A stretch of 64,000 nucleotides of DNA from Macrostomum lignano. Lineage: Eukaryota. The translations under genes and the position numbers were made by a program. This document shows, piece after piece, positions 1 through 38,356 of the stretch. The stretch spans positions 191,092 to 255,091 of the forward strand of contig NIVC01001887.1 in assembly GCA_002269645.1 (NCBI GenBank), read 5' to 3'. Each line of letters starts with the position of its first letter. The stretch's first letter is position 1. Below the pieces are notes generated by a model. It searched no databases. It was not told the origin of the DNA and saw nothing but the letters and a program-made list of their open reading frames with translations.

Positions 1-305
1 CAACTGCCAGCCGACAATTGCCAGCCGAGAACTGCCAGCCGAGAAAACTGCCAGCCGACAGTTGCCATTCGACAACTGCCAGCCGACAACTGCCAGCCGA
101 CAACTGCCAGCCGACAATTGCCAGCCGAGAAAACTGCCAGCCGACAGTTGCCAGTCGACAACTGCCAGCCGACAACTGCCAGCCGACAATTGCCAGCCGA
201 GAAAACTGCCAGCTGGAAAACTGCCAGCCGACAACTGCCAGCCGACAATTGCCAGCCAAGAAAACTGCCAGCCGGAAAACTGCCAGCCGAAAACTGCCAG
301 CCGAC
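1..305 (+). repeat. Tandem array of ~14-bp units (CAACTGCCAGCCGA variants); left arm of a foldback-like structure
   Basis: Unit visible from base 1 (array may start upstream of the window); reverse-complement copies at ~931-1020. Confidence 0.9.
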
Positions 306-930
306 AAGCTCTACCTAATTGAATCTACTGTAGCCTACTTATTAGCTAAGTAAAAAGCACGAAACTGTTTGGCTAGCAAAAGGCTTGTGGGGTAGCATTA
401 AATGTCGCCCTTCCCTTCCCTATTTTTTTTCAGATTTCCATTAGAAGTATATATGTGAAGGAGAAGGCATTCTGTAATGCCTATTGTAAATATTTTTGTA
501 TTGAAAGTTCATTTACTTTATTATTTAATTTGCGATTGCGATTGCTATATGACGCAATCCTAGAAAAGTCTATTAAATTACTTTACTTAAATAAAGCTTT
601 CAAAGAAAGAGCAAAGGCTACCTAAAATACAAAATTTGAACCAAGATGTTCGTGCAGGAGCCGAAAGTTGCCAGCTCTGATTCGCGCACATGCCGCACTA
701 AGCTTACAAACTTTTGTTGGCGATAAAACAAAACAACTTGTAGCTAGGCTAACTGATTTCTGTAACAATGCAATGGCAACCTGTTTTTGCTGAATAATTA
801 ACTAATTTAATAAATAGTAAACAAAGCTGTCTACTTTCTAGCTAGATCCTGAATGCCATATTGCGGAAGGTGTAGTATACGCCGGAAAATTCCGGCGTAC
901 AAACGCTTTGTCTGGCGTACATCTAGCGTT

Positions 931-1020
931 TTTCTCGCTGGCAATTTTCTCGGCTGGCAATTGTCGACTGGCAATTGTCGGCTGGCAGTTTTCCGGCTGG
1001 CAGTTGTCGGCTGGCAGTTG
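931..1020 (-). repeat. Inverted copy of the 14-bp array (right arm)
   Basis: TCGGCTGGCAGTTG units are the reverse complement of the units at 1-305. Confidence 0.85.
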
Positions 1021-1034
1021 GGGTGGACCCCATG

Positions 1035-1480
1035 GAAGTGGGGCGGGGGTATAGAGAGCCCAATCATAAAATCGATAGTCCTGACCACCACACGCACAGG
1101 CGATAAATTGGGGCGGAGCTATAGAGAGGCCAACCATAAAATCGATAGTCCCGGCCATCCCACCCGCACAGGCGATAAACTGGGGCGGAGGTATAGTATA
1201 GAGAGGCCCATCACAAAATCGATAGTCCCGGCCATCCCACACGGACAGGCGATAATGTGGGGCGGAGGTATAGAGAGGCCCATCACAAAATCGATAGTCC
1301 CGACCACCCCACACGCACAGGCGATAAAGTGGGGTGGAGGTATAGAGAGGCCCATCACAAAATCGATAGTCCCGGCCATCCCACACGGACAGGCGATAAA
1401 GTGGGGCGGAGCTATAGAGAGGCCAACCATAAAATCGATAGTCCCGACCATCTCACCCGCACAGGCGATAAACTGGAGCT
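1035..1480. repeat. 72-bp minisatellite, ~6 copies
   Basis: Recurring GGCGGAGGTATAGAGAGGCCCATCACAAAATCGATAGTCCCG...CAGGCGATAAA; 24-aa periodicity in the overlapping ORFs. Confidence 0.9.
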
Positions 1481-1523
1481 GGTGGAGACATAAGTTGGGG
1501 CTGCAGATGTCAAAAAAAGTATA

Positions 1524-2134
1524 CTCAGCAACATTCAAAAGTTCCATCCTCCAAATTGCGAAAACTTCACACTCACAATTCAACCCTCAGGTTACGCAAC
1601 TATAAAGCCGCCGCGAGGAAAGGAAAGTTGATTGAATATCAATACTCGTAGTAAACGTCAGTCGCAAAATCTTAAATTTTTTATGCAATATTCAGTTAGA
1701 ATCGCGATGTGTGTAGGATCCCCTCGCACGCAGAAGTGCGGCGACTCTGCGGGGCATCCCAAGGATGAGGCGGCGCAGAAAGTCCTGGGGAAGCTGCTCC
1801 GAAGCGTTTTCAATGGCATGACGCAGAGCTCTCCGCAAAATGCATGGTGGATTGTATTTTCGAATGTTGCGTTTTAGGAAGTCCCCAGACATGCTCGATG
1901 GGATTCATGTCTGGGGACCGGGAAGGCCAGCGCAGAGTGCGCAGCTGTAGCTGTTCTTTCGGTTGACTGACAGCATCGGCTTGGTGTGGCGGCGCGTTGT
2001 CCTCCTGGACCATTAAGCAGACCCAAGCCACCCCCAAGTGGCAATAAGCTTTGCGCGTGCCGTATGTTGCGTCACTCGCAATAAGTGAAAAAATCATCTC
2101 GCTTAGTGGGGTGGAACTTTTGACTGTTGCTGAG
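1524..2134 (-). mobile_element. Internally deleted Tc1-family DNA transposon (~610 bp)
   Basis: Imperfect ~27-bp TIRs (CTCAGCAACATTCAAAAGTTCCATCC / GGGTGGAACTTTTGACTGTTGCTGAG) each flanked by TA. Minus strand encodes Tc1 C-terminal motifs QEDNAPPH..WPSRSPDMNPIEHVW and LILGMPRRVAALLRARGSYT in different frames. Confidence 0.9.
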
Positions 2135-2251
2135 TATTCATATATGCTCGTAGAAAAAAATGACTTCTTTCTAAGGGAAAGCTGCTAGTAAGACTAAGAC
2201 CCTTTACCTATATATTCTGAATGTAACTACAGCAATAACAGCATATATAAC

Positions 2252-2733
2252 TAGGGATTGCAATCCCGGGATCCCGGGACCCCAAATCCCGAGACTAATT
2301 TTTGTTAATGTTTTTACAAAAAGTGCTGTAATATTAAACATAATTAGGCCCACAACTAGTTTATTATACTGCGCTAATTTCCGTTAATTGCCTCACGTCG
2401 TGTGGCACCTTTTTAAACCCCGCATCACAGATTTAAATGTGAAATGAATTCCAATTTAAATTTTGATATGATTTGCTTCTTTACTACTAATTAGTACATT
2501 TATACTACTTACTTTAATAGGTCACAAGATAATGCTGTTTATCATCTACAAATAGATCATTATCTCTATAAAAATATAAAAAGTAAGCAAAAAAGCGTTT
2601 AGCGCATATTTTGCCTTAAAATTTCAACCTAGAAGCATAAAAATCTGTATTATTCTGATCCCGGGATTCAATCCCGGGATTGGCCAAAATCGGGATCCCG
2701 GGATCACAAAAATCCGGGATTTTGCAATCCCTA
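2252..2733. mobile_element. hAT-like MITE
   Basis: TAGGGATTGCAA...TTGCAATCCCTA termini, subterminal ATCCCGGGAT repeats, perfect 8-bp TSD TATATAAC at 2244-2251 and 2734-2741. Confidence 0.9.
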
Positions 2734-2902
2734 TATATAACGTTTGCTGGAAGCGAAAGCCTTACATTTACAAGTGGTTGCTTCTAAAGTGAAAAAGCAG
2801 CGATATTACAAATTAACTTCGAATTTTCGAAATCTAAGAATGAAACAACTCAAGCTGAGTAGCAGCGCCTCATGCACAAGTGGCTTCGTTTTAACAAGAA
2901 AA

Positions 2903-16363
<13,461 letters not shown>

Positions 16364-18260
16364 CCCAGCGTCCCAGGATCCGAAAGCGATCGGTAAGAAG
16401 GAAAAAATAATTAAAAAATGAAATTTGGAACTGTATCACAGGATTCCAGGCCGGGCGTGTTTGCTTAGTGAAAGCGCGGATTCAGCGCAGGCTAAGGTTT
16501 AAGACAGATGCGCGCCTCCTTCAGCCAGCCTGGCGCCCCATGCGGCTCGCCATTGGTCCGGCCAGCTTCGCCAGCAATTGGGCAGCGCCAAACTTTCAAG
16601 CCTCCCCGCTTTCCCCAGGCAGTGGGGCGCAGCGCCTTTAAATGTGTCATTTTCTGCATCGCGTGACAAACTGACACGAACAGCCGTGGCAGCAGTGCGT
16701 TTGGAATTTTTTTAGCTTTGAAATTTAGCCTCCGGGCTCTGACTGCCTGCTTCGTTGAGAGGTCTCAGAGATGCTTTTCTGGGCTGGCTGCACTCATGTG
16801 GGACTGTCTCATTTGCATTCGTTTCTTGTAAGTTGATACCCTCTCAGTTTCCGCTGTGACTTTCTGCTAAGGTGCAGCAATGCGCTCGGTAACTCTACAC
16901 CTGGAGCCAGTCTCTCCATCTCCCACGTTCCTCCGGTCACTCCACTTCACTTCACTCTCGAGCAGCAAGTTGGCCCCAGCTCGCACCCTCTCCACGGCTT
17001 GCGGCTCCACTTCGGCGCTCGGCAACAAACAGCACCGATCGGAGCTCTCAGCCTCATTTTGTCCTCTTAATTGACACTTGCTTTCTCGGTAAAGCAAAAA
17101 ACAATTGTATAGAGTTGTGGAGAAATTCCCTTATGAATTCCGATTGGGCCGTAGTGCGGAGCACAGGCGTCTTATAAGCACTCTTGTGTGAGAAGAATTG
17201 GGATATTTGTGTGACTCATGCAAGCAAATTGCTCTCATTGATTGTCTCGTAAACAACTCGAAAATTTGCTGTTATTGCCCTGATGCTTTTCTGAAGATTT
17301 TTATGCATATTTTCGCTTTCTAAAAGCTATCGTATGTCTCTGCATGGAGCTTCATATTATTACTGTCTGAAAAAAGAAAATGTGTTTAAATTAAGCTCTT
17401 GTACTCGTAATTTCATAGTCTCAGCTGCTTTGAAGAGAGACCGGAGTTACTGTCGCAGTACTCAGTGAAACGATAAATTAATGCTTTTAGAGCTGCGCCT
17501 GGCTCCAATTCGAGAGATTTCGATGGTTCCTCTAAGTCACAAAGGATCGGCCTCGACTCGAAATTGTCCGAAAATTAGAGTTATGCGTTGCTCATTCTAA
17601 AAGTTATAGGATAATTGTAACGTGAGACCACACACACAGTCCCCCCACGCCGATTCGTGCACATCCTTTTTAACCAAGAAGTTAGAGATTCGAACTGGTC
17701 TAAAATGGGTCCGGTAAACTGGATGATAATATGCAGAGTCGAGTTTATTTCTTACTATCAGTATGAAAAAGCATCATTGATGGTATAGTGGTAGTGCAGC
17801 TTTGCGCCGCAGGGTCAATTGTGACTATTTTCCTGTGAGAAATTTCTCAACCGCAGATGCAAAGAGGGCCTAAAGACTACTACCGGAGTGTAACTCATTC
17901 TAATAGCGGTCCTTTGACTGGGCTATATAGTTTTACGAGAAAAATAGGGAGGTGCATAAATTTTACTACCGGAACTAACCAGTAAATGCACCAGGAAATA
18001 AAAAGTTGGTCGAATTTCTACTTGAAAGTGGACCAAAAATTCACATTTTAATCATCCAATTTCCATTTCCATGTTCTATTTCCATTAATCTAAGAGGTTC
18101 CAGCTAGGTAAGGGATCGGGAGTCAGCCGACCCTAGAAATATTCTTGATTTGCGCCTGCAAGATTTTGAGGAAATTATATAGAATTTGTAAAGACCCAGG
18201 AATAATTACAAACATACATATCTTAATATTTGGTCAGCTACATGAAAACTGGATTATAAT

Positions 18261-18317
18261 CAAGGACCACTAGGAACACTTCGTTTTATCGTTACACTTC
18301 AAGTCTAGTAGTCCTTG
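18261..18317. mobile_element. 57-bp micro-MITE (CAAGGACYACTAG family)
   Basis: 13-bp TIRs CAAGGACCACTAG / CTAGTAGTCCTTG; ATTATAAT on both flanks (18253-18260, 18318-18325). Confidence 0.8.
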
Positions 18318-19829
18318 ATTATAATGCACCTAAGACGAAAAAAGTTGCTACAATATAAAAGTTGTCGAGACTTCCGGACTGTTTAGTGTAGACACTGCAT
18401 ATAAACAAATACAAATACAATAAATATGTTTTGTGCAAGCAGCTGGCCTAAAAGCTAATCCCATTAATAATTTTAACACGTATTAAGACTGAAAAGCTTG
18501 AAAAAAGACAAATCAAGAAAAGAATATAATAACATTTTTATTTATAGAGAAAATTCAATTATGTTGTATTATATATTAAATATCGTGGGGTTTTCCGAGG
18601 GATAGAGTATTTCACGTGTCGTCGTGACATTAGTAGTTAAGGTGGCTATATACTCCTAATCTATGTACTATTTCCTTGCAACTTTAAAACATCATGTATT
18701 TAGTTTCATGCACATACAAAGACAGAAAAGTATATATTTTACCTATTGCAAGATGGGGTTTACTTAATTCTTCAGCAATAATAAAATTTTTAAACTTATT
18801 TCAGTATGAAACAAAATAACACTAATTTTTCAAGAATATAAGAAACCATCTTATTTTACAGTGTCGCAAAATCCTTGTCATAATAAAATGCACAATAAAG
18901 TTTTAATTTTAACAATTACATTTAACATTAATTATGCCATTTTAAATATGCTATTTTAAATTCAGCTTATTAAATAAACTTAAAAATTACAACACTCGAA
19001 TTAAATTGTACCCTGATTACTATTTAGAAATTAGGCTAAAATGACCATTTGATTTACTGTCCTAAATGATCATAATTATGTACACATCTTATTTTTAAGT
19101 ATGTAAGTAATTCATAATTGTTGTAATGTTGTTGAATAAAACTTTGGTATTCACTTTAATAAAAGTGTGTTAAAGATGCATTCTTTTCAAGGTGAAAATG
19201 ATTAAAAAAATTTCTAGATAATTTTCTATAGATGCTAGATTATCTTAAAAGTAATTTAGATATATGGTTTTAAGCTTAAATTCTTAAGGTAAGTTTTTAA
19301 AGGAGCAATTACCAATAATTGATATCATTCAACTTTCAGAATTATCTGGTTCAGATACTGATAATATTTATTGAAAATGTTAATAAAATATACAGAATAT
19401 ATATTTTTAATTCTCTTAGCCAATAGCTATCTATATATATATATATATATATATTACTAATGGTAATACAAATAGCCATGAATGATTCTAAAGGTTGTTT
19501 CTATATATATAGTTATGATACAACTCTGAATTAGCTTTATGAAATATTTTATATTAATCTTGTTAATATATCTAATTAATTTCTGATTACATTAGAATAT
19601 TTTAGATTGAACTATAAAAAATCAATTTAATACCAATAGGAAAAATTAAATACATTATAATAAATATTATGCATGGTTTTTAAACAGTAAATTTACTCTT
19701 TAGAACTTAATATAAAATTGCTAGATATCTACTAAAGATTCATATTCATTTTAGATTCAAATCTATATAAATTGCTAGTTTTAATTGTTAATATATAATA
19801 TATTTTCCCTGAGCTCAGAAACAAAAATC

Positions 19830-21284
19830 ATGAGCACAGAGACATCAGGTGATGCAGCTCTGGCTGCTCAGCTGGCCCAAATGGAGATGGGAGGAACAGC
19901 AGTGGCTGGGCAGGGATCTCAACAGCAGCCACCACCAGCTCAGCAGCAGCAGCAGCAGCCACAACCAGCTCAGCAGCAGCAGTGGCAGCCACCACCAGCT
20001 CAGCAGCAGCAGCAGCAGCCACAACCAGCTCAGCAGCAGCAGTGGCAGCCACCACCAGCTCAGCAGCAGCAGCAGCAGCCACCACCAGCTCAGCAGCAGC
20101 AGCAGCAGCCACCACCAGCTCAGCAGCAGCAGCAGCCACAACCAGCTCAGCAGCAGCAGTGGCAGCCACCACCAGCTCAGCAGCAGCAGCAGCAGCCACC
20201 ACCAGCTCAGCAGCAGCAGCGGCAGCCACCACCAGCTCAGCAGCAGCAGCAGCCACCACCAGCTCAGCAGCAGCAGCAGCCACCACCAGCTCAGCAGCAG
20301 CAGCAGCAGCACACTGGTCTAGCGCCAGAACATCTAACAAAGCTACGCGCTGATGTTAATGTTGTTCAAAAGAATGCCACGGTGAGTCATAAACTTGTTC
20401 TGTTTTTATTAGTCAGTCAGGCGTTTCGCAGCCAGCGAGGAGGCAAACGGTTTTGCTCATTCCTCTGACCCCTGACCGCTCATACAATGTGTACAGCGGC
20501 CCTGACATTGTCGTGCTGTCATGGGCGGGAGTCGCATGCCGCCAGTTTTCTTGCACGAGTCGGCTGCTCCCCTTTCTGTGTTTTATTGCCTTCATTTTTC
20601 CTCATCGCCGCCCAGGTGTTTGCCGAGATGCTGGCCGAGCAGGAGGATCCGGCGGTCACGCCGGAGGCTGACGCGCAGCTGCTGCGAGAACTGGCCGGCA
20701 CCAACCAGCAGATGCAAGCCCGCATGCTGGAGCTCATCGGCTACCTGGGCGCCGTCATTGGCGGCCCTAGCGGCGGCGGCAGCGGCGGCAGCGACAGCCC
20801 CGGCCAGCTGCTAGAGGACCTGCTGCGGCTCAATGACCAGCTGAACGACTCGCTGCGCCGCTTCGATCGGCTCCAGCGGGCCTGGCAGGACCTGGCCAGC
20901 GGCGGCTTCTTCAACCCCATGTTCGACTTGGCCGAGACCGCCGCGCCGCCGGCGTCTCAGCTTCCGCCCCCAACGCATCCGCCCCCGGCGAGTCGACCAC
21001 AGGCTTCCAATCCGCCGCCAGATTTTCAATCGCGGCCCGCTGACGCCTACGCGGCTGCCGCCGCCGCCACCGCTGCCCCTGCTGCCGCCCCTGCTGCCGC
21101 CACTGCTGCCCCTGCTGCCGCCACTGCTGCCCCTGCTGCCGCCACGGCCCAGGCTGGCAATCCGGGCGGCCTACCGGACTCGGAGAAGGAGCTGGCCGAG
21201 ATGGAGACCTGGATGGGGCAGGGCGGCGGCGGCCTGTTCCCTGCTGGCGGCAGCTCGGACTCGCCCGCTGTCAGCGGCAAATAG
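19830..21284 (+). CDS. TOM1/TOM1L-type GAT-domain protein with N-terminal Gln/Pro repeat; exons 19830-20381 and 20616-21284, ~406 aa
   Basis: Spliced EHLTKLRADVNVVQKNAT|VFAEML..DAQLLRELAGTNQQMQARMLELI..LLEDLLRLNDQLNDSLRRFDR matches my recollection of the TOM1 GAT helices. Phase-0 GTGAGT donor and CAG acceptor; C-terminal ELAEMETWM. Confidence 0.8.
19925..20310 (+). repeat. Coding CAG/CCA-rich repeat (27-30-bp units encoding PPPAQQQQQQ)
   Basis: ~13 visible units within the open first exon. Confidence 0.9.
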
Positions 21285-22357
21285 GGGCCACTGACCGATG
21301 CGAATTCCAAGTTATTCACCCGCTACTGGCTATTTGCGCAGGCCACTGCCAAGGGGAGCCTGGACTGGCTTAGTGTGCTCAAGGACTTCTATTAGGGCGA
21401 CTGTATTGTAAATTGAAATGAAAAAGCATAAAATCAATGACAAAAAGTAATTATGTTGTTTGCAACACAGGTATCTTTTGATGAGAAATTCTTTTCTAAT
21501 CTTTTTTGAGTTTTTTTGAAGCGATTTGGCGTTCGTTCCCTGTTCTCATTTAGAAGTCCATGAGTGGGCAACTTCACAAGCACCGGCCCGCCCCCACACA
21601 CAGTGCCCTCTTGCCTGCTGCAGATGCCTATGTTTGTGTATCTGTTTGAATTGCTCGAACACTTTCTCCCGCGGATCCGGACTGCACGCTTTGCAACTCT
21701 GATAGAGAGAGCCTTCCGCATGACACCGCCGTGTTTTAAACGGCTTTCGCTATTCAGCCTACTGCCAGTAGCCCCAATTGTATCTCTGCTATGATAGCTT
21801 ACATGTATATTTATTTAACATTATTAATCATTGGATATAAACTGCATATGCTTTTTGGTAAAAAATATACACAGTAAGATTTTATAGTTATGACAATCTG
21901 CACGCAATAATGATGAATATCGCCGATTCCCATCTGCCCTCTCCGCCCCTCCCAGTCACGGCCTTCAGCTGCTCATTTTTGCGCTTCAATCGGCCCCGGT
22001 TAAACAGTTATCGCCACATTCAATTTTTTAGTCTCGCCGGGCCGTCTGGCTCTGCGACCAGCGGTCTGATGCAGCTTCTGAGTCTGTATTAATTTCATTA
22101 TTGCAGTAGTTCGCTGCTTGTCACTTTCCTGGGCGTCATTAATAGAATCACTTTATTATGCTTATCAGTTTAAAATACAAAAATACACTCATTCGCTCTA
22201 TACTGGTCTGCAGAAGTTCTCTATTTGAATTAATATACTTTAGACTCTCGCTCAGGTCATTTTAAAACTCCCAGCTTTCTACTGAAAGTAGTGCAAGAGT
22301 CTGCAGTAAATTTCAATTGATTTGAAGACCAAACCGGTTCCAGATCGCAGCTCCACA

Positions 22358-34831
<12,474 letters not shown>

Positions 34832-34949
34832 CCGGTCGCTGCCGCCCCAGCTGTACTCATTTGCTGTTGCAAAAGTCTATAATCCAAGATATTTAGTTTT
34901 TTTGTTCCCGTCCACCCACTTAATTAAGTGGTCCTTGCAAACTCCTAAC

Positions 34950-35220
34950 GGTCGTAGCCCAGTGGTCTGGCGCGGCGCTCTGGTGTGCCAGCGGCCCCGG
35001 CTCGATTCCAGGTGCAGTCACATTAATTTGGGGCTGAATTGGAATCCCGGCTTGGCTCTGCTCGTGCATACTGCGTACGTATCAGCGCACTTGTGTGCCT
35101 GCCTGCCCAGGAGAGTCGGCGGAATGCGCAGTAATGCCTCTCGCCGGTTGTGCGACACTGTCGCTTAAAATGCGCCAGGGTGCAGACAGACGCCTGCCCC
35201 CTGAAGCGTCTCGTAAAATA
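34950..35220 (+). mobile_element. tRNA-like head, probable SINE or tRNA pseudogene
   Basis: A box TAGCCCAGTGG and B box GGCTCGATTCC at tRNA spacing; acceptor stem does not pair; 3' extent is a guess. Confidence 0.45.
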
Positions 35221-36098
35221 TTAAGTGGTTTTTCTTTCTAATTGCAATGCATATTTGCATATTTTTTTCGTTGCTTTTTTGACACAGTTTTCTGATCGGC
35301 AGTTCTGAAGTGGAAAAATAGTTGAAAACTTATCAACTTAGAAAACGAACTCTGCCGGGTCAGTTTATATTGGCAGTGTTGGAATTTGGCTTTGTGTTGA
35401 ACATTGTATGATATAAAAGGAAGATTTTAATCAAGCTCTTCATTTTTCTTTACTTTTTCTTCATGCCTCAGTTTTCGCGGCAAGTTGGGCTGTGAAACCG
35501 GGTTTCCAATCACTGCAGTTGAAAATTTTAATAAACAGTTTAACCTGTTTCCGTCCAGACAAAAACCGAATTTCTTCTTGCACTTTTTACTTACCGATTA
35601 TTTTTTTATTTGCTATTTGTTTCAACATGTTGCAATTATTTCGGTCACAATGCGCAGGTGTGTTGGGATTCGAGCATGTCAATGTTCAAAGGATATACCA
35701 ATTGACGACCTCTAATAGCTTATTCTCTGCTAATTTCTAATCCCTATAGTGACAGTTCCACTCAGACATCCAGAATTCCATATGACAGGTAGAAACTATT
35801 GGTTTTTGTTCCCTTATCTTGACAGCAATTCTCACCTTGCTTGCTTGGCGTGCCTAAAATGCTAGGCTGAAGCGAGGGTTGGCCATAGACTATTACGCAT
35901 TTTTGCTATTGAGTCTCAGATGGCTAGGAAAAAGTCTCACTTAGCATACAAAAACCAATGCTGGGCTTCAACATTAGACGGAGATGATTAGAGGGGACAA
36001 CTTTACGCCAAAGACAATATTGTACAATACGAGCGTTTTGATATTTGTGTCCTGAGCTGGCAGTCCTGGTAACTGAGGCAGCTTGTTACTTCAGGTGG

Positions 36099-37439
36099 CC
36101 CAAATTTATTTAGATTACTGCTGCTATTTGAAGAGTGAACTATAGCTACAGCTGTCAGCGCACCACATGCTACCATAGACAGTACCGAAGACGCACAAGA
36201 GATTTAAGTATCACTGCACCCTCTCTTGCGCATCACTAATAGATTTTTATAGCTCAGTTTTGCCTACTGCAACGCCAGTGCAAAAACGAATGGAGCCAAG
36301 CAAAGAAAACTTTGGATTTTACGCATGGACGCGGCAGCATCTTGGAATCAGTGCTCAACAGTGCTTTGAAGAGCTGTCTTCCGTGTATGGCAGTAGAGCT
36401 CCATGCCATGCAACTGTAATTTAATTATTTCAAGGCAGCCACCGCTGATGCCAAGACCGGCCCCACTAAAAGAGCAGGCGACTGCCCGAGTGCCAGCGGT
36501 GCCGGGAGACGTCGATCAACTCGAACACCAGAGCTGATCAGCGATGCGCGTGTTCTGATTGAAGACGATCCAAAAGTGCCAGTACGGACCCTTGCTGACT
36601 GGCTGGAGGTTGACAAGTCAACAGTGCATCGAATTTTGAGAGAAGACCTGGAGCTGCGTTGTGTCACATCGGTATGGGTGCCCCATCACCTCACCGAGGC
36701 CAACAAACAGGCTAGGGTGGCATGTGCCAGAAACATCCGCAGCGTGTTTCAGAGTGAAGGAATCAACAACATCATGGACAAGTTGGTCACCCAAGATGAG
36801 TCCTGGATCTTCTTTGAAGGCCAGCCCTGCAAAATGAGCAACAGATGCTGGCTGTCGAAGGGGGAGCCCAGGCCCCAGGTGGTGAGAAGATGCATGACAA
36901 ACAAGAAGACTCTGCTTGTTGCAGCCTTCACCCCCAGCAAAAGGCTTTCATTTGAAACAACCAAACCAGGACAGTCAGTGGATGCGGAGTTCATTGTCAA
37001 CTTCGTTCAGCGAACCGGGAATCTCTGGCGATCTTTAAGAAGTCAACTGATTCATCTTGATCAGGTGATCTGGCAGTGGGACAACGCCCGGCCTCACACA
37101 GCTGCAGCAACTCAACATTTCATGGAGAAACGAGGCATCCGATTGCTGCACTAGGCACCGTACAGTCCAGATTTTAATCTTTGTAACCGTTTTTTGTTTT
37201 CTTGGCTGAAGCGAGACTTCGAGCATCGCCAGTTTGGGAACCATGTTGAAGTGCAAGAGGCGACGTTGCAGTGGGCAAGGGGTCTGGAGATTGAGAGCCT
37301 GCAGCAGGAGTTGCATCGACTTTGGGATCACTGCGACGCTGTTATTCAATGCCAAGGAGATTACGTCACTGACTGATGGTTTGTTTTGTTGCTGCAGTTG
37401 ATATTGTTAAATTTAGCGAGAAGTCTAAATAAATTTGGG
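36099..37439 (+). mobile_element. Decayed mariner-like transposon (transposase pseudogene 36290-37376)
   Basis: MEPSKENF..HTH, SVWVPHHLT, LVTQDESW, WQWDNARPH, H*APYSPDFNLCNRFLF (third catalytic D reads N); stops and a frameshift; 16-bp inverted repeat CCCAAATTTATTTAGA at 36099-36114 / 37424-37439. Confidence 0.88.
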
Positions 37440-38356
37440 ACAAATTCACCGATTATGTCTACTGACTGAATGCTGCATGCAGAAGAGGATTATTCCATTT
37501 CAGTTTTGGGAACGCAGCCGTCTCTGCGATGCCGATCGGGTGCTTTTGTTGAAGGTCCTGACGGTCGCCGCCGATGCTCCAGACGGTGATGAAGGGTACC
37601 CTAGTTCCTGGGATGCTGAGAACAAAGGCCTTTACGACTGATATGCATAGTTTCCTGAGCCGACGTGGTTTCATGATGAGATTTTGTGAACAGAAAAAAT
37701 TTGCCTATGTTGGTGGTTTTTGCCACCGGACACCCCGAGGAGAATCGTTGAATATCTTGACGATGCCGATTTTTCGTGATTCTCGGAGTTGCTTCATCGA
37801 ATAGAGCGGAAAATTTTAGCCCGTGTTCTGGATTTTGATGGCAATTGGTTGAATATTTTCGGAGATCCAGACAAAAGAAAATGTGTGCATTTGAAATACA
37901 CCCCCATGGTCTTTCTACTGTTAAGGGACCAGAAATTTCATTCTCGAAAAATGCCATTGTAGATCAGATGGTGGCATTTGAAATGATGGTGCATCTAACT
38001 GTAAGCTTAGCATTCTCTTACTCAGCTTGGGGAAGAGGTCAAATTCACAGGGATTGTGTGGCAGTACTTTTCAGCTATACAATTTATCCAGCAGCTCCTT
38101 CACAGTCCTTGTGAGGACTCGCATTGTCATGAAGCAGCAGGTGCTTCATGCACAGAACTTACAGGCTTCATCTGCGCACCCCTGAAGCGGATGATATACC
38201 ATTTGTAAACCGCTCGCTCAGGTGAAGCCATGCTGCCGGAAGGCTTCCAAAACTTGTCAGTGAACTCGTCACATGACAAATGAAAGATGCACTGAGATTT
38301 TGTCTCAGATACGTGCAATGCTTGGTATAATGTATTAAGTCACGCAACTTTGGCAT

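Noticed and set aside
17770-17830. tRNA-like start (TGATGGTATAGTGGTAG)
   Set aside because: No B box or T arm downstream
18330-19800. Mitochondrial insertion (NUMT)
   Set aside because: AT-rich, but no recognisable mitochondrial gene, rRNA or tRNA motif by eye
34950-35025. Functional tRNA gene
   Set aside because: A and B boxes are present but the acceptor stem does not pair; kept only as a SINE-like head
37450-38350. Possible degenerate transposase between the mariner and the MITE
   Set aside because: Short ORFs with no motif I can identify; needs BLASTx
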